Assembly: GCA_038230075.1 (NCBI GenBank)
Contig: JBBRNV010000001.1
Location: forward strand, 11,672 to 75,671
DNA from: Minisyncoccia bacterium
GTDB taxonomy: Bacteria > Patescibacteriota > Minisyncoccia > Phycocordibacterales > CALRBL01
DNA length: 64,000 nt
Direction of reading: 5' to 3'
Shown here piece by piece: positions 9,113 to 17,488 of this stretch. The notes beneath the pieces are model-generated. The model saw only the letters and a program-made list of their open reading frames with translations. It was not told the DNA's origin and searched no databases. Within the stretch, counting starts at the first letter, position 1. The number at the start of each line of letters is the position of its first letter. Both the position numbers and the translations under genes were made by a program.

Positions 9113-9924
9113 ACCACATAAACAATTTCACAAAAGAAAATCAAAATACTGAACAAAAAGCCAAAGAGCACATGCTTCAAGTTCTTGATCAAATAAAAAA
9201 AGGAAAAGTGACTATGACGCCACGATTTTACTTCACCCTTCGTTTTACTGCGCTTATTGCTGTTTCGGTTCTTCTCTTCATCTTCTCTTCATTTTTCTTT
9301 AGTTTTCTTTTCTTTGCACTTCAAGCAAGTGGCTACTACTTCTTATTCGGTTTTGGATTGAAGGGATTCACCACACTCATCATTCTTTTTCCATGGAGCC
9401 TTTTCTTGATTCAGGTCTTGCTGCTTGCGCTCATTGAATGGCTTCTTAAAGGCTTTAGTTTTGGTTATAAAACACCACTTGCATACCTTATTTTAGGAAT
9501 CGTTGGTATTTCAATGCTTCTTGGTCTTGTTGTTTATTTAACACCACTTCACGACGATTTCGAGTCAGAAGCAAAACATAATAACTTGCCCGTTCTTGGT
9601 GGGTTATACGACCACGTAAGACGTCCAAGTCATGATCACGGCATTTATAACGGAACAGTCATTGCGATCTCTACAAGCTCAATTATGGTCAAAATTGACG
9701 ATGCCGGAGACGTTGCTACTGACACACTGGTGGTAATGGATTCTGCAGCACTTCAACTCAGCAAACAGGTTAGTTTGGGTCAAGGTGTATTCATCGCTGG
9801 GGAAATTGATCATGAAAAGTTTATTCCTTATGGAATTCATATAACATTCACTCCTGCTACACCTACACAACGACCAGAATTCGGTTCAAGTTCTGAAGAA
9901 TTTTCTGCTCAACCTACATATTGA
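9109..9924 (+). CDS. membrane protein co-transcribed with ECF sigma (putative anti-sigma factor)
   Basis: Overlaps the sigma gene stop (ATGA). Short cytoplasmic N-terminus, then multi-TM region and an extracytoplasmic C-terminal domain. Confidence 0.4.
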   Translation: MNHINNFTKENQNTEQKAKEHMLQVLDQIKKGKVTMTPRFYFTLRFTALIAVSVLLFIFSSFFFSFLFFALQASGYYFLFGFGLKGFTTLIILFPWSLFLIQVLLLALIEWLLKGFSFGYKTPLAYLILGIVGISMLLGLVVYLTPLHDDFESEAKHNNLPVLGGLYDHVRRPSHDHGIYNGTVIAISTSSIMVKIDDAGDVATDTLVVMDSAALQLSKQVSLGQGVFIAGEIDHEKFIPYGIHITFTPATPTQRPEFGSSSEEFSAQPTY

Positions 9925-10104
9925 AATAAAATATAAAGTTGGTTGTATAAGGGATGTCGGTGGCATTAAGAAGGCTTCTGACAATAATTATCTATCTGGC
10001 GTGAAGGCCAATTTACTAGCTAACACAAAAAACTTATAGAAAAACAACACCCATAACACAAATATATAATCATACGACGCAACAGTAGATTTCTTGTCTA
10101 TATA

Positions 10105-10140
10105 AAACCATCTCATTTCTCATGTGAGGTGGTTTTATTA
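10105..10140. terminator. bidirectional rho-independent terminator between convergent genes
   Basis: AAACCATCTCAT...ATGTGAGGTGGTTT stem of about 11-12 bp flanked by T-runs on both strands. Confidence 0.5.
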
Positions 10141-10151
10141 TTTTCTAAACT

Positions 10152-10892
10152 TTAGAAGTTTTTTTCAGCGTAAATAGAGATACTTCGTCGTTTGTGAGCC
10201 TTTCCATGTCGAAGATGTCCATGAGACTTATGCATTTTATGAATAGTAAACGCAGGTGAGAGATAGTCTTTAATTTCTTGTTCAGTAAATACGTGTTCAG
10301 CTACACCAATGTGAGGGTGAATATATGAACCAGCTTCTTCAGCAGGACTTTCTTTAAGTAGTCGTTCAGCATGTTCATCTTCGTCTCGAAGAAAAGTTTT
10401 GAAGAAGAGCCATCCTCCAGGTTTTAAAATTCTAACAATTTCTTTAATAAAAACTTCCCGCTCGTTGTTTTTGAGAAAATGAGAGGCCATCATGTCGAGT
10501 ACAATATCTTGAGAATCGTTCTCAATATCGAAAGTACCAACAATAGAGCGTGTCTCGTATGAAAGTGGAAGATTCTCACTTTTTGAAACAGCTTGAGCAA
10601 TAGCTTCTTTAGAAATGTCATATCCAATTCCATGAATATTAAATGTTTCTGAAAGATAAATAAGGTTTCGACCATTTCCACATCCTAGGTCAGCAACTGA
10701 TGTTCTGATATCTAAATACTGTAGTCCTTGTTTAGGATTCTCAAGTCGTTTAAGAAAACGAGTAAATTTGATTAAATCTTCACTTGGATTATCTGAAAGG
10801 GTGAGGTTGTTACCAGACTTGTATTCTTTATCCCAAAAGTTTTGACCCTTCTGCTTTGATCTGAGGCTTGATTTCTTTGGTCGGAATCGCAT
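10152..10892 (-). CDS. class I SAM-dependent methyltransferase
   Basis: Motif I DLGCGNGRN plus typical downstream acidic and hydrophobic motifs. Confidence 0.7.
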   Translation of the reverse strand: MRFRPKKSSLRSKQKGQNFWDKEYKSGNNLTLSDNPSEDLIKFTRFLKRLENPKQGLQYLDIRTSVADLGCGNGRNLIYLSETFNIHGIGYDISKEAIAQAVSKSENLPLSYETRSIVGTFDIENDSQDIVLDMMASHFLKNNEREVFIKEIVRILKPGGWLFFKTFLRDEDEHAERLLKESPAEEAGSYIHPHIGVAEHVFTEQEIKDYLSPAFTIHKMHKSHGHLRHGKAHKRRSISIYAEKNF

Positions 10893-10931
10893 CGAACCAT
10901 TACATCACGATATGTTCTTTCTGACAAATAT

Positions 10932-11705
10932 ATGTATACTCTTCATATGAGTGCAAACAAAACCTATATCTACGGAAAACATGCGGTAACTGAGGCATTG
11001 CTTCACGCTCCAAAAACTCTCAACAAGGTATATTTCAATACTAGTTTTGAAGATGGACGAATAAAAGAATTGGTTCACAAAAATTCTATTGCTCAAGTTG
11101 TTGTACAAACAAAAGACCTCCCAGGTGAAACCGAAGAAGAAGTTCATCAGGGTGTGGTTGCATCATTATCACTCGACCTTCTTCTCAAGCCTTTCGATGA
11201 ATTTAAAACTAACTTTGAAGTAAACGCCGACAGTTGTCTTATTTTACTTGGAGAATTGCAAGATGTTCAGAATGTTGGAGCAGTTATTCGATCTGCAGCA
11301 GCGTTTGGAGTTGGAGCTGTTTTAATTCCAGAACATAATCAAGTTCAATTTACAGGAACAGTGGTTAAAGTTTCCGCTGGAATGGCCTTCAGAATTCCAC
11401 TTGTGACCGTACCTAATGTGAATAGCGCTGTTCGTGATCTTCAAAAATTAGGTTTTTGGGTATACGGATTAGATGGGGAATCAAAAAAACTTGTTACTAA
11501 GGAAGTATTTGATGCTCCTACACTTTTTATTTTAGGAAATGAAGCTACAGGAATTCGACAAAAAACACTAGAATTATGTGATGTGGTACTTTCTATTCCA
11601 ACTAACCCCCAATGTGAGTCATTAAATGCTGCGACATCTGCCGCTGTTGCTATGTATGCGTGGAGTGCACAGCATCCAAAAGCCCTTAAACCTAAGGCGA
11701 AATAA
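10932..11705 (+). CDS. TrmH/SpoU-family RNA 2'-O-methyltransferase (RlmB-like)
   Basis: N-terminal YGKHAVTEAL substrate-binding region and SpoU motifs LLGELQDVQNVGAVIRSAAAFG, LGNEATG, IPTNPQCESLNAATSAAVAMY. Confidence 0.8.
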   Translation: MYTLHMSANKTYIYGKHAVTEALLHAPKTLNKVYFNTSFEDGRIKELVHKNSIAQVVVQTKDLPGETEEEVHQGVVASLSLDLLLKPFDEFKTNFEVNADSCLILLGELQDVQNVGAVIRSAAAFGVGAVLIPEHNQVQFTGTVVKVSAGMAFRIPLVTVPNVNSAVRDLQKLGFWVYGLDGESKKLVTKEVFDAPTLFILGNEATGIRQKTLELCDVVLSIPTNPQCESLNAATSAAVAMYAWSAQHPKALKPKAK

Positions 11706-11725
11706 GGTTTCTATACAAGGGTTGA

Positions 11726-11754
11726 TTGACAGCTTAAGCCTTGTGGGATATACT
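11726..11754 (+). promoter_or_regulatory. sigma-70-like promoter upstream of DEAD-box helicase (TTGACA-N17-TATACT)
   Basis: Consensus -35 TTGACA, 17-nt spacer, -10 TATACT. This would give a roughly 150-nt 5' UTR. Confidence 0.45.
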
Positions 11755-11906
11755 GCTTTGGTAAGTCAATCTCTCTAGTTTTTGTTTTGGTGAGTCATCT
11801 CTTCGAAACTTCGGCCTATGAATCTACTTTAGGTAAAACTCGCGAGTCCTAGTCGTCTTACGTTTATTCTATAGACTAGCAGCGATCTCGCGGTTCGCAT
11901 TATTGT

Positions 11907-13238
11907 ATGTATTCATCATCAAACACTGGCTCAGCCAGTAGATCGCGTTTTAAAAGTGGGCCACCTTCAGTTGCAAGTCGATCTTCATCGTACACACCAG
12001 GAAGTCGTCCATCATTTGGAGCAAGTCGAGGACCATCAGCGTCTCGAGGCTTTTCTTCTGGTCCATCACGATCACGATTCTCTTCTGCTCCAAAGCGAAG
12101 TCGATTCGGTGGTCAGTTTATTAACGAATCAAAATATATCAACAAAGCAGTTGTTTCAAACGAACCTGTGAAGGAATTTATTCCTCAGACTACGTTTAGT
12201 GCACTTCCTGTTGATGAACAATTAAAAGCTAATATTCTTGCTAAAGGATTTGATACACCAACTCCTATTCAAGACGCAGCCATTCCTCATATTATGGCTG
12301 GAAAAGACATTGTCGGTATTGCAAATACTGGTACTGGAAAAACTGCAGCCTTTCTTATTCCTTTGATTGATAAGATCATTAAAGGAATTACACTTAAAGT
12401 AGAAGAAAACATTTTAATTGTTGCACCTACTCGAGAACTTGCCATTCAGATTGACGAGGAACTTAAACTTCTGACTAAAGGAATGAAAATTTACTCAGTA
12501 TGTGTTGTTGGAGGAGCACCCATTCGAAAACAAATGGCTGAACTTCGATATCACAATAACTTTATTATTGGAACTCCAGGACGATTAAAAGATTTGATCG
12601 AACGAAAGTGGATCAATCTAAAAGAATTTAATACTGCGGTTCTTGACGAAGCTGATCGAATGCTTGAAATGGGATTCGTTGCCGACATGAAATACATGAT
12701 GGCTCTTATGCCTAAAGAAAAGCAGACGCTCTTCTTTTCAGCTACTCTTTCTTCAGATATTGAAAAACTCATCAAAGACTTCTTGAGAGATCCTGTTCGT
12801 GTTTCTGTTAAAACAGGTGACACATCAAAGAATGTTGACCAAGACGTTGTTCGTGTTCAACGAGGACATGACAAAATGGAAGTACTTCACGATCTTCTTA
12901 ACAAAGAAGAGTTCAATAAAGTGCTTATTTTCGGAAAAACAAAGCACGGGGTAGAAAAGCTTTCTAAAAATCTTATCGAACGAGGATTCAAAGCAGAATC
13001 TATTCACGGAGACAAACAACATTCTCAACGACAGCGAGCACTTTCTTCATTTAAAGAAAACAAAGTAACTATTCTTGTTGCAACAGATGTTGCCGCACGA
13101 GGTCTTGATATTCCAAATGTGAGTCATGTGATTAACTTCGATATTCCTGCAACCTACGATGACTATGTTCACCGAATTGGACGAACTGGCCGAGGAGGTA
13201 AGTCTGGAAAAGCTCTGACATTTGTCGACGCTCGATAA
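11907..13238 (+). CDS. DEAD-box ATP-dependent RNA helicase with Ser/Arg-rich N-terminal tail
   Basis: Q motif, Walker A ANTGTGKT, DEAD, SAT and HRIGRTGR motifs. First ~100 aa are a low-complexity S/R/G/P-rich extension. Confidence 0.9.
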   Translation: MYSSSNTGSASRSRFKSGPPSVASRSSSYTPGSRPSFGASRGPSASRGFSSGPSRSRFSSAPKRSRFGGQFINESKYINKAVVSNEPVKEFIPQTTFSALPVDEQLKANILAKGFDTPTPIQDAAIPHIMAGKDIVGIANTGTGKTAAFLIPLIDKIIKGITLKVEENILIVAPTRELAIQIDEELKLLTKGMKIYSVCVVGGAPIRKQMAELRYHNNFIIGTPGRLKDLIERKWINLKEFNTAVLDEADRMLEMGFVADMKYMMALMPKEKQTLFFSATLSSDIEKLIKDFLRDPVRVSVKTGDTSKNVDQDVVRVQRGHDKMEVLHDLLNKEEFNKVLIFGKTKHGVEKLSKNLIERGFKAESIHGDKQHSQRQRALSSFKENKVTILVATDVAARGLDIPNVSHVINFDIPATYDDYVHRIGRTGRGGKSGKALTFVDAR

Positions 13239-13247
13239 TTACTTATA

Positions 13248-13940
13248 ATGATCGATATGGATATCTCCATTCAGATCGTTAACTACAATACAAAAAAATA
13301 TCTCATTGATTGTCTCGATTCTATCAAACTAGATTTGAAGAATTCGAAACTTACGTATGAAGTGCTTGTCATCGACAATGCCTCTCATGACAATCTCGAC
13401 GATCTTACTTCAATGTATGGTCCAACATTCTCATTTGTGAAAAACAGTGAGAATGTTGGTTTTGGTGCAGCACATAATATTTTGGCAAAACAAGCCAAAG
13501 GAGATTTCATTTTTCTCCTTAATCCAGATACTAAATGCATTGAGCCAAATACTGTAGAACGCTTACTTACGAGTCTTAAAACAAATAAAGTAGACATACT
13601 TGGTCCAAGATTAAAAACAGAACATGGTTTACCTCAAGAATGGGATCATGGAGATCTTTCGACTCAACCATTCCAACTGTATAAAGATTTCTTTTGTCAC
13701 AATACCTATAGTCAAAAAAACGAAACATGTTTGGTTTCCTGGGTGTCTGGAGCAGCTTTTCTTATTGATAGAAAACTATTTGAGAGACTTAATGGATTTG
13801 ATCCAAACTTCTTCCTATATCATGAAGAAGTTGATTTATGCGAGAGAGCGAGAAGTGTTGGTGTTAAGGTATTATACGATCCAACAATTCAAATTCTTCA
13901 TCATGGAGGTGTTGTTGCAGTGAAAAATGATCATTTGTAG
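13248..13940 (+). CDS. family 2 glycosyltransferase
   Basis: N-terminal ISIQIVNYNTKKYL and VIDNAS D-x-D-type region typical of GT2. Confidence 0.65.
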   Translation: MIDMDISIQIVNYNTKKYLIDCLDSIKLDLKNSKLTYEVLVIDNASHDNLDDLTSMYGPTFSFVKNSENVGFGAAHNILAKQAKGDFIFLLNPDTKCIEPNTVERLLTSLKTNKVDILGPRLKTEHGLPQEWDHGDLSTQPFQLYKDFFCHNTYSQKNETCLVSWVSGAAFLIDRKLFERLNGFDPNFFLYHEEVDLCERARSVGVKVLYDPTIQILHHGGVVAVKNDHL

Positions 13941-13983
13941 ACATCAAAGAAAGTCTATATAAAGAAACGTCTAAAGCGTTTAT

Positions 13984-14775
13984 TTACAGTCCTAAACTAG
14001 TAAGAAAAATCTTGAGTTCGTCGTCTTTAATGTGTCGGTATTCTCCTTGTTTAATATTTCCTAATTTAATGTTGAGAATTGATGTTCTTTTAAGATCATA
14101 TACATCATTGAATAATGCAGAAAGCATTCGTCGAATTTGATGTTTCTTTCCTTCAGTTAACAGAACTCTAAATGTTTTTTCATTCAGAATTGTGACCTTA
14201 CATTTTTTTGTAACATATCCTTCAATGTTGACGCCATTTTCCATTTTCTCTTTGAAGTTATTTCGAAGAGGAAGTGTTGATTTGACCTCATACTCTTTTT
14301 CGTGAGCGTGATCAGGATTTAAAAGTCGGTCAGTGATTCTTCCGTCGTTAGTAAGAATGATTAAACCGTGCGAGTTTTTATCGAGTCGTCCGATGGGGAA
14401 TAGATGAATAGAAGGATCATCAAATTTAAGCGATCGAACAATATCTCGTTCGCCTTTATTTTGAGCGTGAGTAATAACGCCCACTGGTTTGTTATAGGCA
14501 AGATAGACATACTTTGTTGGCTTTCCTTTTCCTTTCACTTCAACAATGTCTGATTCGGCTACTTTGTCTCCAAGAGAAGCGAGCTGTCCGTTAATAAGCA
14601 CTCGTTTCTTTTCAATCAATTCGTCAGCACCACGTCTTGTTGAGAAGTTTTTGTGTGCCAAATATTTGTTAATACGCATAGGAAAGAGTGGCGCCTCCTG
14701 ATCAGGGTCCTTTTTAACAACCGGAGGTACTTTAGGGGCCCGAAAAGCCTTTTTAGATAGTGGTTTTTTCACCAA
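13984..14775 (-). CDS. rRNA pseudouridine synthase (RsuA/RluB family) with S4 domain
   Basis: S4-like KRVLINGQ and catalytic GRLDKNSHGLIILTNDG motif. Confidence 0.8.
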   Translation of the reverse strand: MVKKPLSKKAFRAPKVPPVVKKDPDQEAPLFPMRINKYLAHKNFSTRRGADELIEKKRVLINGQLASLGDKVAESDIVEVKGKGKPTKYVYLAYNKPVGVITHAQNKGERDIVRSLKFDDPSIHLFPIGRLDKNSHGLIILTNDGRITDRLLNPDHAHEKEYEVKSTLPLRNNFKEKMENGVNIEGYVTKKCKVTILNEKTFRVLLTEGKKHQIRRMLSALFNDVYDLKRTSILNIKLGNIKQGEYRHIKDDELKIFLTSLGL

Positions 14776-14819
14776 AAGACTATATCACAGATTCCAACAA
14801 AATCTAGCTTTTGTCAAAA

Positions 14820-15338
14820 TTACCACGTATTGCAGGAGGTAAGATCGCTACATATTTTCCAAGTGCTTGGTGCTGGAATCCAACTATCTCTGAAATCATA
14901 AAATCTGCTATTGGCGGAAGGATAGCTTTCGGGGGTGACATAACTCAATAATTTATAATTAACACCATCTGATGTATAGATAAATCCCGACCAAGGATCT
15001 GCAATGTTTCGTTTTGGATCAGTTGGAAGAGTAGAAATATATTTCGGCGCTAAGTTGGGAACATATCCACCAGGTCCTGTAAAAACTCCATCACTTTCTT
15101 TGAGCCAATTCGATGAACCTCCTGTACTTGGATATGTTCCGTTGTCAGCATAGTAGGCGTTGATAGCCTTTTCTAATTGAAGTAAATTTTGTACCCGTTG
15201 AGTATCTCGGGCTTTAGTCCTCGCACTTGCTACTGAAGCGAAAACAACTGAAGATAAAACAGAAACAATAGAGACAACTACGAGAAGTTCTATCAGGGTA
15301 AAACCTTTTTCTGTGTTTCTTTTAAGATGTAAAGTCAT
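14820..15338 (-). CDS. type IV pilin / pseudopilin-like protein (prepilin N-terminal methylation motif)
   Basis: KGFTLIELLVVVSIV, a class III signal peptide cleaved after G by prepilin peptidase. Confidence 0.7.
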   Translation of the reverse strand: MTLHLKRNTEKGFTLIELLVVVSIVSVLSSVVFASVASARTKARDTQRVQNLLQLEKAINAYYADNGTYPSTGGSSNWLKESDGVFTGPGGYVPNLAPKYISTLPTDPKRNIADPWSGFIYTSDGVNYKLLSYVTPESYPSANSRFYDFRDSWIPAPSTWKICSDLTSCNTW

Positions 15339-15342
15339 GGTA

Positions 15343-15639
15343 TTACTTTTTTAAAAACTTAAGAGCCTCTCCAGTTTTAAACAGAAATTCTTTTGAGAGT
15401 TCCGGAGTTATTTGGGCAACGACAGAGCCGAATAGTTGTTTATAAAATATAACTCCAGAAAGCAACAAACTTAGTGTGATAAAAGAAAGAAGTATTATAT
15501 TTACATGTCTTGGATCTGTGACGATTCCTGTTTTTACCATCCACGAGACAAGAGCTGGCGGCATCTTTTCTTTTTTAAAAGTAGTGTAGAGATAGCTCGA
15601 CTGTTCATCTTCAAATTGAACACCTTGATTATCGTCCAT
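15343..15639 (-). CDS. small single-TM hypothetical protein
   Basis: 98 aa, one hydrophobic helix, in operon position between rsmG and the pilin gene. Confidence 0.35.
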   Translation of the reverse strand: MDDNQGVQFEDEQSSYLYTTFKKEKMPPALVSWMVKTGIVTDPRHVNIILLSFITLSLLLSGVIFYKQLFGSVVAQITPELSKEFLFKTGEALKFLKK

Positions 15640-15673
15640 AAAAATATTATATCACGTTTTTAAAGTTCTTGTG

Positions 15674-16369
15674 CTAGACGTTTTTCTTTAAGATAATAAT
15701 CGATTTATTAACAAATGAAGGATGATGTATTTGTTTTATGCTCATTAGATCTAATCTTGAAACTCGAAGTAGGTTTTTTACATGATCACTTTCTTGAATG
15801 GCCGCATCAGAACTTTTTTGAAGAATCATAATGCCTTTTGAAGCGAGAAGATCTAACCCCCATGTAATTAAATTTTCGGTATGTGATACAGCACGTGCTG
15901 TTACAACATTAAAAGTATTTCGACAAACCTCTTGTTTTGCAGCATCTTCCGCTCGCATGTTAACAACGGTACAATTCTTTAACTCTAATGTGTTAACAAT
16001 ATGCTCAAGAAAGCTACATTTCTTTCCGACAGATTCAAATAAGACCACTTCAATGTCAGGACGCATAATAGCAATCGGGATTCCAGGAAAGCCTGCACCT
16101 GTGCCAATATCAGCTAATCTGTGAGCTTCTTTCGGTATAGAGTCTAAAATAGTCAAAGAGTCTGCAAAATGTTTAATCTCTATCTCAACAGGGTCTTTTA
16201 TGCCAGTTAAGTTGATTCGAGTGTTCCAATCAAGCAGGTCTTTCTGATATGTTGAAAACTGTTCGATTTGTTTGTCGGAAAGGGTGATTGATAAGTCAGA
16301 TGCGATTTTTACAAGTGTTTCTAAGGCCATAGATGTTGGCACTATACCATGCGAAGTTTTTTTGGTCAT
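15674..16369 (-). CDS. rsmG: 16S rRNA (guanine527-N7)-methyltransferase RsmG
   Basis: LLDWNTRINLTGIKDPVEIEIKHFADSL and GxGxG DIGTGAGFPGIP motifs. Confidence 0.85.
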   Translation of the reverse strand: MTKKTSHGIVPTSMALETLVKIASDLSITLSDKQIEQFSTYQKDLLDWNTRINLTGIKDPVEIEIKHFADSLTILDSIPKEAHRLADIGTGAGFPGIPIAIMRPDIEVVLFESVGKKCSFLEHIVNTLELKNCTVVNMRAEDAAKQEVCRNTFNVVTARAVSHTENLITWGLDLLASKGIMILQKSSDAAIQESDHVKNLLRVSRLDLMSIKQIHHPSFVNKSIIILKKNV

Positions 16370-16383
16370 GATAGAATCTTTAT

Positions 16384-17151
16384 ATGAAGTACGACATGTA
16401 TTCTCTTATTGTGTTTGACCTCGACGGAACTCTCACTGTCAGTAAGTCTGATTTGTCGGTAGAGATGGCACAAACCCTCTCAAAATTACTACAGAGAAAA
16501 TTAGTGGGGGTTATTTCCGGAGCGTCATATCAACAATTTCAAGATCAATTTGTTTCTGTTCTCGAAAAAGTGCTCGATGAAAAGATACTGCTCTCAAAAT
16601 TAATGCTTCTTCCAACAACTGGTCTTAGTTTCTATAGATATCAAGGAGGTGAGTGGACTTCTCAGTATTCTGAAATTCCTGACGAAGATTTTAAACAAAG
16701 AATTAGAGTGTCACTTAAAGAAGTGCTTGAAATGCATCCTGAACTTAATATTCCACATGATTTTGACAATCAACTTGAAGATAGGGGAAGTGAAATGACG
16801 TTTTCAGCGCTTGGCCAACATGCTGATGTTGAACATAAAAAAGTATTTGACCCTGATCGCTCGAAACGAGCAGTTCTTGTGAGAGAACTTCTTGAAAAGT
16901 TGCCAGATGCAAATATTGCATTTGGTGGTATGACCTCTATCGACATCACAAAAAAAGGATTTGATAAAGCTTACGGAGTGCAACGTCTCTGTGATACAAT
17001 TAGCATCAATAAAAGTGAAGTTTTGTATATCGGAGATGCGCTCGAACCTGGAGGAAATGATTTTAACGTGAAAGAGGCTGGGTTCGATACAATATCAGTA
17101 ACAGATCCAAGCGACACACAAATTCTCATCACTCAAATTTTACATGATTAA
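16384..17151 (+). CDS. phosphomannomutase, eukaryotic-type (HAD-IIB)
   Basis: FDLDGTLT HAD motif I. The C-terminal PGGNDFNV...ISVTDPSDT aligns with eukaryotic PMM PGGNDxEI...SVTxPxDT. Confidence 0.7.
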   Translation: MKYDMYSLIVFDLDGTLTVSKSDLSVEMAQTLSKLLQRKLVGVISGASYQQFQDQFVSVLEKVLDEKILLSKLMLLPTTGLSFYRYQGGEWTSQYSEIPDEDFKQRIRVSLKEVLEMHPELNIPHDFDNQLEDRGSEMTFSALGQHADVEHKKVFDPDRSKRAVLVRELLEKLPDANIAFGGMTSIDITKKGFDKAYGVQRLCDTISINKSEVLYIGDALEPGGNDFNVKEAGFDTISVTDPSDTQILITQILHD

Positions 17152-17488
17152 TAAGTTTATTGATAACAGACCATGGGGTAAAGAAGAACACTTTATCCAA
17201 AATGAAAAAGCAACGGTAAAATTGCTCTATGTAAAAGCGCGAGAAAAATTAAGTCTACAATTTCATCATAAAAGAAGTGAGTTTTGGAAAATCATCGCAG
17301 GTTCTCCTATTATTGTTATTGAAGATCAAGAAATCACGGCTCAAGTTGGTGATGAATTTGATATTCCTGTTGGAGCAAAACATAGAATTATGGGAGGGGA
17401 AGATGAAGCCATTATTTTAGAAATTGCAGAAGGAGATTTTGACGAGAACGACATTACTCGGTTAGATGATGCCTACGGGCGTACGTAG
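17144..17488 (+). CDS. mannose-6-phosphate isomerase, type II cupin domain
   Basis: RPWGKEE..LSLQFHHKRSEFWKIIAGSP..VGDEFDIPVGAKHRI matches the type-II PMI cupin signature (LSLQxHxHRxEHW). Confidence 0.7.
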   Translation: MINKFIDNRPWGKEEHFIQNEKATVKLLYVKAREKLSLQFHHKRSEFWKIIAGSPIIVIEDQEITAQVGDEFDIPVGAKHRIMGGEDEAIILEIAEGDFDENDITRLDDAYGRT

